64,000 nt of DNA from a virus. The position numbers and the translations under genes were made by a program. The notes below the pieces were generated by a model. The model had not been told where the DNA came from. It made no database searches and was given only the letters and a program-made list of their open reading frames with translations. Shown one piece after another: positions 7,548 through 15,505 of this stretch. Every line of letters begins with the position of its first letter. Positions within the stretch are counted from its first letter, which is position 1. The stretch lies in the IMG/VR virus record IMGVR_UViG_3300044912_000492, positions 1 to 64,000 of that record; one strand, 5' to 3'.

Positions 7548-7752
7548 GGGTTCTTGTTTGGTTTTGATTACGGTACAGTGTGATCGCATCACGCATAGTT
7601 TTAGCTTTTGTCCCTTCAGGGAGTGATTTGTACCACTCCTCTGTTTCTTTGGTTACGCCCAAAACCACTTTGATAAATACAAGTGAATCGGGTTTAGTTG
7701 TGCCTTTAGGTCTGCCAGCAGATGATCGAGTTTTTGATGTTTGTTTAGTCAT
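7540..7752 (-). CDS. small DNA-binding protein, GRP-motif family (70 aa)
   Basis: SAGRPKGTTKP N-terminal arm followed by LPEGTKAKTMRDAITLY. Same architecture as the 17563..17760 and 46963..47151 products. Confidence 0.5.
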   Translation of the reverse strand: MTKQTSKTRSSAGRPKGTTKPDSLVFIKVVLGVTKETEEWYKSLPEGTKAKTMRDAITLYRNQNQTRTHE

Positions 7753-7804
7753 TAGTTATATTCCTTGGTTTATAGAAAGGGATTTTCTATCCCCTCTATT
7801 TTTG

Positions 7805-8173
7805 TTAGCGACACAAACGAGCATAAGAGCCTTGCCATTTGTTAAGCCAATCACCAGCTTCGCCAGATGTATTAGCACCATCAGCCCAAATTTTAAATAC
7901 TAGCTTCAAGATTTGAAATCCAGTCAATGAATGAATTTCTTTCTCAATCTCAACACTAGCTCTACCCGTTTGGATATACCAGTGAATACCGTACCAAATT
8001 GCATCAAACGCGATCGCTTGCTGTTGTGAGTAAATCCCGTCTTCTTGCATAGAACGGATGTTAGAAGTAAACAACGTATCAATTACGTTTCTTTTTACTC
8101 TCGTAGTGTAATTGCAAAAAAAAAGAAATTCTTGAGCGTATTCAGCGACTACAGAAAATTTAGTGGTAGACAT
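7805..8173 (-). CDS. hypothetical protein (122 aa)
   Basis: ORF downstream of a sigma70-like promoter. Confidence 0.5.
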   Translation of the reverse strand: MSTTKFSVVAEYAQEFLFFCNYTTRVKRNVIDTLFTSNIRSMQEDGIYSQQQAIAFDAIWYGIHWYIQTGRASVEIEKEIHSLTGFQILKLVFKIWADGANTSGEAGDWLNKWQGSYARLCR

Positions 8174-8204
8174 AACGGGCGGCTCCAGAAAAGGTGTTGA
8201 ATTA

Positions 8205-8234
8205 AATATACTACTAAGAATTATATTTTGTCAA
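8205..8234 (-). promoter_or_regulatory. sigma70-type promoter (-35 TTGACA, 18 nt, -10 TATATT)
   Basis: Minus-strand reading GGTTGACAaaatataattcttagtagTATATT, about 30 nt upstream of the 8173 start. Confidence 0.45.
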
Positions 8235-8339
8235 CCACTAAATAATAAATACTTCACACATCACACTCAACCCCAAACACAGCAAAGCGATCGCCTATGA
8301 CAGCGATCTGATGAGTGAGGGATAAAAAGTAGCGGCTTC

Positions 8340-9275
8340 TTATGCCCCTATGCTAGTAGCAGGAGATTGTGAAGCGCGGGTGTATTTGCTTACTCGTTTC
8401 CTTAAACGCATACGGCGCAATGATTTAGACTCAAGATCATAGATATTAGTTTTAGCCTGATAGAGAGTGCGATCGCCATCAAATCTCATGTAATGCTTCT
8501 CACCTAAATTATGGGTTAACCAAAATTCAGGACTGGTTATAGCGTCATTGCAAGGTTCACACACCTGATAACGTTTAATACCTTTGAGATGCTTACGCAC
8601 GGTTTGAGGGGTACGACTGACTAAATCAGCTACTAAATCTTGAGAGACACCGTATGGAACAAATAAGCGATGAACGAGTAGAAATCTGCCTTTAATTTTT
8701 AAACCCTTGACACCCGAAAGCATAATTGTAGATGCGTGCTTAAAAATATTCTGGGATTTCTTGACGTGCTTTGCTAATTTCTTGCCTTTATATTTTTTGT
8801 TATTCTCCTTAGTTTCTCGTTTTGCAGCATGAAATGACGCTTCCTGCTTTTGCGCTGTAGTAGCTATTACTACTTGCGATCGCACTTGGTTAGGCATATC
8901 TACAGAATCCATCTCAAAGATCGCGCCCAAATTGCTAATATTTAGCTTTGAGCAGACTTTCTTGAGTGAAGTATAGATAAGCCTAGCGCCATCGCCTTTA
9001 ATCTCCAGTAGCCAAAAAAGCCCCAGATTATACGCTAATCTAAGGGCTTTTTTAATTGTGGCAATACTGCGATTAAATGTACGTGCAAGCATTGGTAAAT
9101 CCAAGCTAACCTTGCCAGCGCCTTTCCCTGCTTCACCTGATTGGTATTTAGGTGTGTGGCTTTGCTTATCATGTGAACGCACAAAAAGATATAGCATCTT
9201 CACCAAATGAGGGATTCTCCAACATTGGGCAAAACTGCTATAAATTTCTACGGTTCTGTGATAAACTTGACTCAT
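8340..9275 (-). CDS. HTH-containing DNA-binding protein (311 aa)
   Basis: HTH-like segments SIATIKKALRLAYNLG and VSQDLVADLVSRTPQTVRKHLKG; function unknown. Confidence 0.55.
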   Translation of the reverse strand: MSQVYHRTVEIYSSFAQCWRIPHLVKMLYLFVRSHDKQSHTPKYQSGEAGKGAGKVSLDLPMLARTFNRSIATIKKALRLAYNLGLFWLLEIKGDGARLIYTSLKKVCSKLNISNLGAIFEMDSVDMPNQVRSQVVIATTAQKQEASFHAAKRETKENNKKYKGKKLAKHVKKSQNIFKHASTIMLSGVKGLKIKGRFLLVHRLFVPYGVSQDLVADLVSRTPQTVRKHLKGIKRYQVCEPCNDAITSPEFWLTHNLGEKHYMRFDGDRTLYQAKTNIYDLESKSLRRMRLRKRVSKYTRASQSPATSIGA

Positions 9276-9374
9276 TCGACTGGTTGGTTCAGTTTGGATC
9301 TCCGCGCACCCTTTCGAGTAACGTTAGCTGATGGAGTGATGAACATCTTCTAACTAGCGGTGAAGCTATATTAT

Positions 9375-9415
9375 CACGAAAGCCCTGAAAATTATTTTTT
9401 TCAGGGCTTTCGTGT
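9375..9415. terminator. long hairpin (17-bp arms)
   Basis: CACGAAAGCCCTGAAAA-ttattt-TTTTCAGGGCTTTCGTG in the 430-nt non-coding gap. Confidence 0.4.
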
Positions 9416-9641
9416 GTTAAACTTTAATCATTGGTTTGCAAGGCTTGCGTCCACTGGGCGTTAAAGAGATTGCAAACCATGTCACCTCCTAAAAAGAGTT
9501 GTTTTGTAGGTGGAATACAGGGGAGTCGAACTTTTTAGTAGTTAGATGAGAAGCCCTAGCTAGTACCAAACGTACCCACCGATTGAAAAATCAAATGCTT
9601 GGATAGTTTTGACGGACGCGCCAAGTATTTAAAGAGTCATT

Positions 9642-9689
9642 AAAAACATAAAGCCCTTTTATTGTGTAATAGAAGGGCTTTATGTTTTT
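9642..9689. terminator. long hairpin (17-bp arms) followed by a T-run
   Basis: AAAAACATAAAGCCCTT...AAGGGCTTTATGTTTTT then GTTTT. Confidence 0.45.
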
Positions 9690-9707
9690 GTTTTAAATTA
9701 TTTTTCG

Positions 9708-9902
9708 TTGTGGTCCACCATTATTTCTAGATATATAAAGGGTTTCAAGCTTTTTAGTGTCAAAAAAATGGCTTGGTTAGGACCACTGTATTTTATAGCT
9801 CCATACTGCAATAATAAAAGTGCAAACCCACACAGAACCACTGCCATGAAAATGAAACCGCCAAAGCCAAAAGGTAAGCCAAAGCCTAAGCCTTATAAGT
9901 AG
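9708..9902 (+). CDS. doubtful small ORF (64 aa, Lys/Pro-rich tail)
   Basis: Bracketed by hairpins. The opposite strand encodes a hydrophobic TM-like peptide (GLGFGLPFGFGGFIFMAVVLCGFALLLL), so the coding strand is ambiguous. Confidence 0.25.
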   Translation: MWSTIISRYIKGFKLFSVKKMAWLGPLYFIAPYCNNKSANPHRTTAMKMKPPKPKGKPKPKPYK

Positions 9903-9906
9903 CCAA

Positions 9907-9949
9907 CAAAAAGAGAAAGCGATCGCATTTTGATCGCTTTCTCTTTTTG
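9907..9949. terminator. hairpin containing HIP1-like core, T/A runs on both sides
   Basis: CAAAAAGAGAAAGCGATC-gcatttt-GATCGCTTTCTCTTTTTG; directly downstream of the minus-strand gene ending at 9963. Confidence 0.5.
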
Positions 9950-9962
9950 TTGTGGTTAGGGT

Positions 9963-10217
9963 TTATTCAATAGGTTGTAGCGACAACAAAAAATCTTCAG
10001 AAAAAGCCTCGCCTTTGTATTTTTCTATAGCACTTGGTAGCCAGTGCTTATTCCACTGCTCAATATTGTTTAGATCGTTGCGTCTTGCGATTGCATCATC
10101 AAGGTTAGAGAAAAGCATTTTATCAAAGCCTCTTAACCTTGAGAAGCAAATGTATGGATAGGTTTCGGTGCTATTTGAATTAGTGACAATGTGCCACTGA
10201 AACGGATGATTTGACAT
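9963..10217 (-). CDS. hypothetical protein (84 aa, start re-assigned)
   Basis: ATG 10217 (MSNHPFQW) has a CAAAGGAG SD. The track start at 10379 would overlap the HNH gene extensively. Confidence 0.5.
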   Translation of the reverse strand: MSNHPFQWHIVTNSNSTETYPYICFSRLRGFDKMLFSNLDDAIARRNDLNNIEQWNKHWLPSAIEKYKGEAFSEDFLLSLQPIE

Positions 10218-10233
10218 TGTAGTTACTCCTTTG

Positions 10234-10521
10234 TTAATTAATCCAATTAGCGATCGCCGCCTCACGTTCTTGAGTCCAGTAGTACCGCGCTCTGTACCAT
10301 GCAAATAACTCTTGGCTACCTTTATCGCGATTACAGGGCAGGCAGGCGGGTAATAAATTGCTTGCCACTGTTTCGCCACCTTTCGCCTTGGGTTTTGCGT
10401 GATCTAGTGATTGTGCGGGCGCATGACAGTACACACACTTGTAGTTAAAATTCTGATAAATCCCCTCTCGAAAACTTCTGATTATCTGCTTTTTTCTGGC
10501 AAAATCCAAAGTATTTAGCAT
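10234..10521 (-). CDS. HNH endonuclease (95 aa)
   Basis: CVYCHAP..SLDHAKPKAKGG....NLLPACLPCNRDK: classic CxxC..DH..GG..N..CxxCN..K HNH motif. Confidence 0.85.
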   Translation of the reverse strand: MLNTLDFARKKQIIRSFREGIYQNFNYKCVYCHAPAQSLDHAKPKAKGGETVASNLLPACLPCNRDKGSQELFAWYRARYYWTQEREAAIANWIN

Positions 10522-10558
10522 GTGGTTTTAGAGGGTAGGTTTTATTGATTTTAGCTTG

Positions 10559-10789
10559 TTAATCAGCCAATCTCGCAAATCGACAAGCAATGGCGCGACT
10601 ATCGACATACTCAAGCTTTGCGCTGTGAATGATTGATGTTGCTGGAATATCGGTATAAGCGACTTCTTGGAATTTAAAAATCTCTCTAGTATTTCTAAAA
10701 ATTTCTTTAACGGATTCTAGATTGTAGGATGCGTAGTATTCAGGATAATTTAAGCGATCGCCTGTGACTTTGTAGTACTTGATTTTCAT
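10559..10789 (-). CDS. hypothetical protein (76 aa)
   Basis: ORF in the minus chain. Confidence 0.45.
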   Translation of the reverse strand: MKIKYYKVTGDRLNYPEYYASYNLESVKEIFRNTREIFKFQEVAYTDIPATSIIHSAKLEYVDSRAIACRFARLAD

Positions 10790-10963
10790 CGTGATTACTC
10801 CTTAATTACTTACTCTTGTTTACCTTCAACAAACAGCGCACAACGCCGCCTTTTAAACTGCCATCGCTCGCAAACCTTACAGAATGATTGCGGATTACGC
10901 TTGAGATAAGCTTCGCTGTATTGCGTGTAATTAGGGGCGCGACATTTGGCGATCTGGGATTGG

Positions 10964-11266
10964 TTAGTTGCTATGGTATTTACGCTTTAATCTAGCAGCT
11001 TGGTTTTTAGCGCGGATATTAGCGTCGCAAATGTCACAAACATCTTTTGAGATATTCCACTGACAGCGAGGCTTTAGCTTTTCAGCGCACCAAACGATAT
11101 CTTGAGTGGTTTCATTACTAGGGCTGCGATCATGGTTTTGATACTGATATAGCTCAACTGTGATGTAGTCCAAGTCAATTGCATACGAACTAGGGTTGAA
11201 TGTATGCAATTGACTTTGTTGTACTAGTAACGAGATTTCTGGATACGAGATTTCTGGATATTGCAT
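10964..11266 (-). CDS. hypothetical protein (100 aa)
   Basis: ORF in the minus chain; begins with a duplicated YPEIS. Confidence 0.45.
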   Translation of the reverse strand: MQYPEISYPEISLLVQQSQLHTFNPSSYAIDLDYITVELYQYQNHDRSPSNETTQDIVWCAEKLKPRCQWNISKDVCDICDANIRAKNQAARLKRKYHSN

Positions 11267-11275
11267 ATAAGCAGC

Positions 11276-11473
11276 CTAAGCAGCCTTTACATATTGACGA
11301 TCGCGGACAGTGACAGCGCCATTAGCTAAAAGCTTGTCAACAATTGAGCGGCGAACTTTCATGGGTGAGCCAGAATCATTAAGGATTAACTGGCTTTGAG
11401 CGTTATAGAGATTAAGGTAAGAACCGCCGATCCGACCGCCTTGATTGATTACTTCTAATACATATTCGTACAT
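11276..11473 (-). CDS. hypothetical protein (65 aa), first gene of the leftward operon
   Basis: Divergent from the XRE gene across the 11474..11651 control region. Confidence 0.5.
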   Translation of the reverse strand: MYEYVLEVINQGGRIGGSYLNLYNAQSQLILNDSGSPMKVRRSIVDKLLANGAVTVRDRQYVKAA

Positions 11474-11523
11474 CGCTTTGTTTTCCTTTGTTTACCAAGT
11501 TAATTTCTGTATCTAAGTTACTA

Positions 11524-11628
11524 CTATAAATTGTAATAGTCAATATATAAACGATTAGTGTTTTGACTGCTTTAAACACAACACTATAAGCAAAAGCTAT
11601 ATAATTTGTAACAGCTATAGATTATAAT
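11524..11628 (+). promoter_or_regulatory. divergent control region with operator-like sites and a perfect TATAAT
   Basis: - Operator-like sites CTATAAATTGTAATAG (11524-11539) and CTATATAATTTGTAACAGCTATAG (11597-11620).
- Candidate promoter TTGACT (11563-11568), 16 nt, TATAAG (11585-11590).
- Perfect TATAAT at 11623-11628, 24 nt before ATG 11652. Confidence 0.45.
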
Positions 11629-11651
11629 ACAAGCAGTTTACGGACAAGGAG

Positions 11652-11858
11652 ATGATACTAAGGCTTAAGGAACTAAGAGAGCGTAACGGATTAACTCAAG
11701 TACAACTATCTGAATCAACCAAAATCGGAGTGCAAAACATTGCCAAGATGGAACAAGGACGATCCGAATTCTTTCGTCGCAAGCACATTGATATTTTTTG
11801 CAGTGCGCTTAATTGTAGTGCTGGTGAACTTATAGAGGCGGAAAAGATTAAATTATGA
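11652..11858 (+). CDS. XRE-family (Cro/CI-type) HTH transcriptional regulator (68 aa)
   Basis: LKELRERNGLTQVQLSESTKIGVQNIAKMEQG: canonical XRE HTH; AAGGAG SD. Confidence 0.85.
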   Translation: MILRLKELRERNGLTQVQLSESTKIGVQNIAKMEQGRSEFFRRKHIDIFCSALNCSAGELIEAEKIKL

Positions 11859-12007
11859 GTGACACAGAAAAACAACCCACACCGCAAACCCGTATACCGA
11901 TCGTTGTCACGTCGCAACGTGTAGAAGATCGGTATAGAGTGGATGCATCAAAGACTAAGGCTAAAGATATGGGTGCTAGTTCTAGGATTTTGAGGTTGTT
12001 TGAGTAA
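11855..12007 (+). CDS. small protein (50 aa, below track cutoff)
   Basis: ATG overlaps the XRE TGA (ATGA coupling). Translation: MSDTEKQPTPQTRIPIVVTSQRVEDRYRVDASKTKAKDMGASSRILRLFE. Confidence 0.45.
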   Translation: MSDTEKQPTPQTRIPIVVTSQRVEDRYRVDASKTKAKDMGASSRILRLFE

Positions 12008-12024
12008 AATTACAAGGCAAAACA

Positions 12025-12219
12025 ATGTATAGATTTTTAACTAACTTTCGATGGATTCGCAAATCAGCAGGAAAGAATTGGAGGCTTTTGGATTCTTCTT
12101 TTTTGGTTGATGGCAGTAAGCCTACTTGGTACAACTGGGATATTGTTGCAGCAGATCCTACCATGATGAAAATGATCAATGTTGGATATATCACCATTTT
12201 GAAGAGTGAGAGTTATTGA
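12025..12219 (+). CDS. hypothetical protein (64 aa)
   Basis: Stop overlaps the dcd start (TGATGA coupling). Confidence 0.4.
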   Translation: MYRFLTNFRWIRKSAGKNWRLLDSSFLVDGSKPTWYNWDIVAADPTMMKMINVGYITILKSESY

Positions 12220-12854
12220 TGACGCTAGTTGATTGGGAGATACAGCACAGATGCGGCGATCGCTCTTACGTTCCGCAATGGTGGAATTTAAAGGCATTGG
12301 CTTATAAATACTTTGTGCCATGCCCTAAAAATCCAATGATTGCACCATACGATCCAAGCTTAGTTAATGCTGCTAGCTATGATTTGGAGTTGGGCGACAC
12401 ATTAAAAATCGCTAGAATTGTCGAATACAAGACTGAGTATTTTGCTGTCAATGGCGTTACTCACTCAATGCGAGTCCCTCTAAAGCCTACGGAATGGATA
12501 GACATTGATTTATCAACTGGCTTTGAATATTGGATGCAAGATAACGATTTTATCTTGAGTGAAACAGAGCCGATCTTTCACATTCCCAGAAATGTATCCG
12601 CACAATTTGCACTCAAATCGTCAAGAGGTAGAGAAGGTTACGAACATGCATTAGCAGGATACATAGATCCCGCTTGGCATGACAGTAAGCTGACTGTTGA
12701 GCTTCACAAGATTAATCCTAATCCTGTGGTTTTGTACAAAGGCTTAAAGATTGGTCAAATCATTTTCACTAAAACTAATTCACAGCCGATCCATGCCTAT
12801 GATGTGCGTGGTAGATATAACAAAGACAGTCAAGTACAGGTGAGTAAGGGATGA
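12216..12854 (+). CDS. dcd: dCTP deaminase / dUTPase-superfamily enzyme (212 aa)
   Basis: NAASYDLELGD, LKSSRGREG, GYIDPAWHDSKLTVELHKINP and LKIGQIIF match the Dcd signature (kSS.aR.G; iDPGw.G..tlEl.N; igQ..f). Confidence 0.8.
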   Translation: MMTLVDWEIQHRCGDRSYVPQWWNLKALAYKYFVPCPKNPMIAPYDPSLVNAASYDLELGDTLKIARIVEYKTEYFAVNGVTHSMRVPLKPTEWIDIDLSTGFEYWMQDNDFILSETEPIFHIPRNVSAQFALKSSRGREGYEHALAGYIDPAWHDSKLTVELHKINPNPVVLYKGLKIGQIIFTKTNSQPIHAYDVRGRYNKDSQVQVSKG

Positions 12855-13093
12855 GCAAATGGACGTATCGAATCTCAAAGCAAACTCTCGCAAACGGTGA
12901 TGAGGTGTTTGCTATTCGTGAATTTTATCCCAATAGCAAGGGAGAGTTAACAAGCTGGAGTGCTAACGAGATTACGCCTGTGGGTTTGACGCTGGAGGAT
13001 CTAAAAGGTGAGTTAGCGCTGATTATGCAATGTTTGGATAAGGAAGTGATTGATATTGGAGGTGAAGATAATGGCACAGGACGAGTGGCTTAA
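12851..13093 (+). CDS. hypothetical protein (80 aa)
   Basis: ATGA-coupled to dcd. Confidence 0.5.
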   Translation: MSKWTYRISKQTLANGDEVFAIREFYPNSKGELTSWSANEITPVGLTLEDLKGELALIMQCLDKEVIDIGGEDNGTGRVA

Positions 13094-13655
13094 CATTGGA
13101 CTATGCGGCGCACATGGCACAGGCAAAACGACATTAGCGATCGCTTTGTCGCAAAAGCTAGGGATTCCGTATATTCCCATTGATGCGAGTGAAGTATTTA
13201 CAGATCATGGTTTTCACCCGTCCGATAAGCTTGATATTCGCACTCGCTTATTTTTGCAACAAAAGATTTTAGAGAAAGCTGAGAATATCTGGTTTGATGT
13301 TGATGAGCCTAGTTTTATCTGCGATCGCACACCTCTTGATATGGCTGCTTATTTGCTTGCTGATGTTGGCAATGGTGAGTTAGATAAGCGCACTCAAATT
13401 GAGATTATGGACTATTTGCAAGATTGCTTTAATGTCACGATTCAGTTTTTTGACAAAATTGTATTAGTCCCTCCTGCGATCGCTTTTGTTGAGCGTGAGT
13501 ACAAAGCGGCGATCAATCAGCCGTTAATCTTTAAGCTTCACGCTTTGCTTTTAGGAATGCTTAACACTTTGGATGTGTCTTACAAGGTGTTGCCACAAGA
13601 CTGCTTAGAGATAAGCGATCGCGTCCAGTTTGTTGAAGATTTTATGAGAGAGTAA
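13071..13655 (+). CDS. P-loop NTPase, nucleotide-kinase-like (194 aa)
   Basis: Start at ATG 13071 behind a GGAGGTG SD. Walker A GLCGAHGTGKTTLA; small AAA_28/dNMP-kinase-like size; sits between dcd and thyX. Confidence 0.55.
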   Translation: MAQDEWLNIGLCGAHGTGKTTLAIALSQKLGIPYIPIDASEVFTDHGFHPSDKLDIRTRLFLQQKILEKAENIWFDVDEPSFICDRTPLDMAAYLLADVGNGELDKRTQIEIMDYLQDCFNVTIQFFDKIVLVPPAIAFVEREYKAAINQPLIFKLHALLLGMLNTLDVSYKVLPQDCLEISDRVQFVEDFMRE

Positions 13656-13657
13656 CT

Positions 13658-14638
13658 ATGTTTCAGCCACAAGCCAAAATTATCGCTGATTCCGTTAATC
13701 CTTGCGGCGATCGCTTAACTACTTTTGTATTAACCTATCACCGTCTAGTGCATAGTGAATTTCTCACACATAGAATGCTAAGCAAGAATAGCTCTAGCAG
13801 CCGTGCGATACCAGTAGAAAAGATGATCGCTAAAGTTATTGAAGACAATGTATTCCCACTAGAATTTGGCAAAAATCAAAAGGGGATGACTGCAAAAGAA
13901 TCCGTAGATGATGCAGCGATCGCCGCATCTATGAAGACATGGCAAAAAGCGCGGCTAGATGCTATTGACCACGCATGGGCATTACATAAACAAGGTGTTC
14001 ACAAACAAGTCGTAAATCGCCTATTAGAGCCATTCTCTAGCATTACCGTAATCTGCACTGCTACCGAGTATCAAAACTTCTTTGCTCAGCGTTGCCATCC
14101 TGATGCTCAGCCTGAAATACAAGCTTTGGCGATCGCCATGCGTGAAGCCTATGAAGCAAGCGAACCAGACCAATTAGAAGACGGAGACTGGCATATACCA
14201 TTTTTGGGTGAAGACGAAAAAAACGATGATGGAGAATTTGTTGCTAGTGAAGCTGAATTGCAATGGCATAAAAACTTGATTGGCAAGGTCACAGACAATG
14301 ATTTTATCAAAATCGCAACTGGGCGGTGTGCTAGAGTTTCCTATCTCAATCATGATGGCATTCGCAACATTCAAGACGATATCAAACTGCATGATCGCCT
14401 ACTTAGCTCTAAACCACCGCACCTATCACCATTTGAGCATTGTGCTATGGCATTAGGTGAGAGCGAGGCAAGAGCTAACTTTGTTGGCTTTGAGTCATAT
14501 CGGTATCAGTTAGAGCATAACTACGAACCGACAGAAGCAGAAATAGCTATTTTGTCCGCTACTGAAGAAGAGATTTTGCAAATGCAAAGTAGATTTAAAG
14601 ATATTTCAATTGAAACATTACCAAGGCGCAAAAGATGA
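13658..14638 (+). CDS. thyX: ThyX-like flavin-dependent thymidylate synthase homologue (326 aa)
   Basis: THRMLSKNSSSSR fits the ThyX motif RHRxxSxxxxSxR except for the first R (here T). The protein is longer than typical ThyX. Confidence 0.65.
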   Translation: MFQPQAKIIADSVNPCGDRLTTFVLTYHRLVHSEFLTHRMLSKNSSSSRAIPVEKMIAKVIEDNVFPLEFGKNQKGMTAKESVDDAAIAASMKTWQKARLDAIDHAWALHKQGVHKQVVNRLLEPFSSITVICTATEYQNFFAQRCHPDAQPEIQALAIAMREAYEASEPDQLEDGDWHIPFLGEDEKNDDGEFVASEAELQWHKNLIGKVTDNDFIKIATGRCARVSYLNHDGIRNIQDDIKLHDRLLSSKPPHLSPFEHCAMALGESEARANFVGFESYRYQLEHNYEPTEAEIAILSATEEEILQMQSRFKDISIETLPRRKR

Positions 14639-14877
14639 AAAAATCTGAACTAAGAGAAGGCGCTAGAGTGTTTGTCGCTAATGTTGTTTATATTCAGCAA
14701 ACACGGATTGATCAAGTAACTCAAGGTAAAAGGCTAGGGATTATTTTTGATGCTAACGTGATTACGCAAGATCGCGTTAGCAAGATACTTGTTAAATTTG
14801 ATGATTGCGAAAAACCTCAACTAGTAGTTTTGCAAAGGTTGCGATTAGAAAAAACAATGGAGCATAACAATGACTAA
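14635..14877 (+). CDS. hypothetical protein (80 aa)
   Basis: ATGA-coupled to thyX. Confidence 0.5.
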   Translation: MKKSELREGARVFVANVVYIQQTRIDQVTQGKRLGIIFDANVITQDRVSKILVKFDDCEKPQLVVLQRLRLEKTMEHNND

Positions 14878-14983
14878 TGAAGAAATTAATCTTGCTGTTG
14901 CCTTGATCTCAGGATGAACACAGATTGAGCGGTATGGCTTTATAGGGTAAAATAAAAACACCGTAGATGTACGAGAAATATTT

Positions 14984-15505
14984 ATGTATGGGATAGAAAC
15001 TGAAGACAAAACTACAGCTTTAGCTAGTGCGCTTAGTTACTGGATTTTTCGCTGTAGGGATAAGGCTAAAAGCCCTGCGATGGGACTTAAAACATGGGAA
15101 TACTTTCAGAGCAGTATCCAAAATGCTGCTATTCCCTCAAGAAGTATTGACGATTACATTGAGAATCTAGCCAAAAAACTAATCGTTGCACACCTCAATC
15201 CAAAAGAATGGACTCGCATAATTGCGCCTAATCAGGTGATTTTACGCGCTTCTCTTAATCCTGATGGCAGCATGGGAGACATTCAGCAAATTGATAGCGA
15301 TCAACATTTGCAGTGGCTAGGATGGCAAGACATTCTCAATTCGCTTAAGCCTGAAGGAATAGGCGATCGCCATATTCTCAATTTGTGCAAATCAAAACCG
15401 CATATTATTACTACCTATTGTCGCGTTCGATTTGAATGCGATCGCGCTTTGAATATTCCCGATGAACCAGAAAACACTCTAGATGTAGAGGCTAACAATG
15501 CTTAA
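14984..15505 (+). CDS. possible Cas11-like small subunit (173 aa)
   Basis: Call is positional only. The stop overlaps the cas7-like start by 8 nt, the composition looks helical, and the size matches type IV Cas11. No diagnostic motif. Confidence 0.3.
   Translation: MYGIETEDKTTALASALSYWIFRCRDKAKSPAMGLKTWEYFQSSIQNAAIPSRSIDDYIENLAKKLIVAHLNPKEWTRIIAPNQVILRASLNPDGSMGDIQQIDSDQHLQWLGWQDILNSLKPEGIGDRHILNLCKSKPHIITTYCRVRFECDRALNIPDEPENTLDVEANNA

Noticed and set aside
9509-9536. Minus-strand tRNA suggested by GGGGAGTCGAAC (the reverse complement of a T-loop-like TTCGACT).
   Set aside because: The flanking bases do not form a T-stem (AAAAG versus CCCCT). No acceptor or anticodon arms could be built.
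9963-10379. 138-aa ORF overlapping the HNH gene by about 145 nt.
   Set aside because: An internal ATG at 10217 with a strong SD gives an 84-aa gene that does not overlap. The long version was discarded.
11982-12321. Minus-strand ORFs 11982..12197 and 12064..12321.
   Set aside because: They are antisense to the coupled plus-strand chain XRE - 50-aa ORF - 12025..12219 - dcd. No SD or partner genes lie on that strand.
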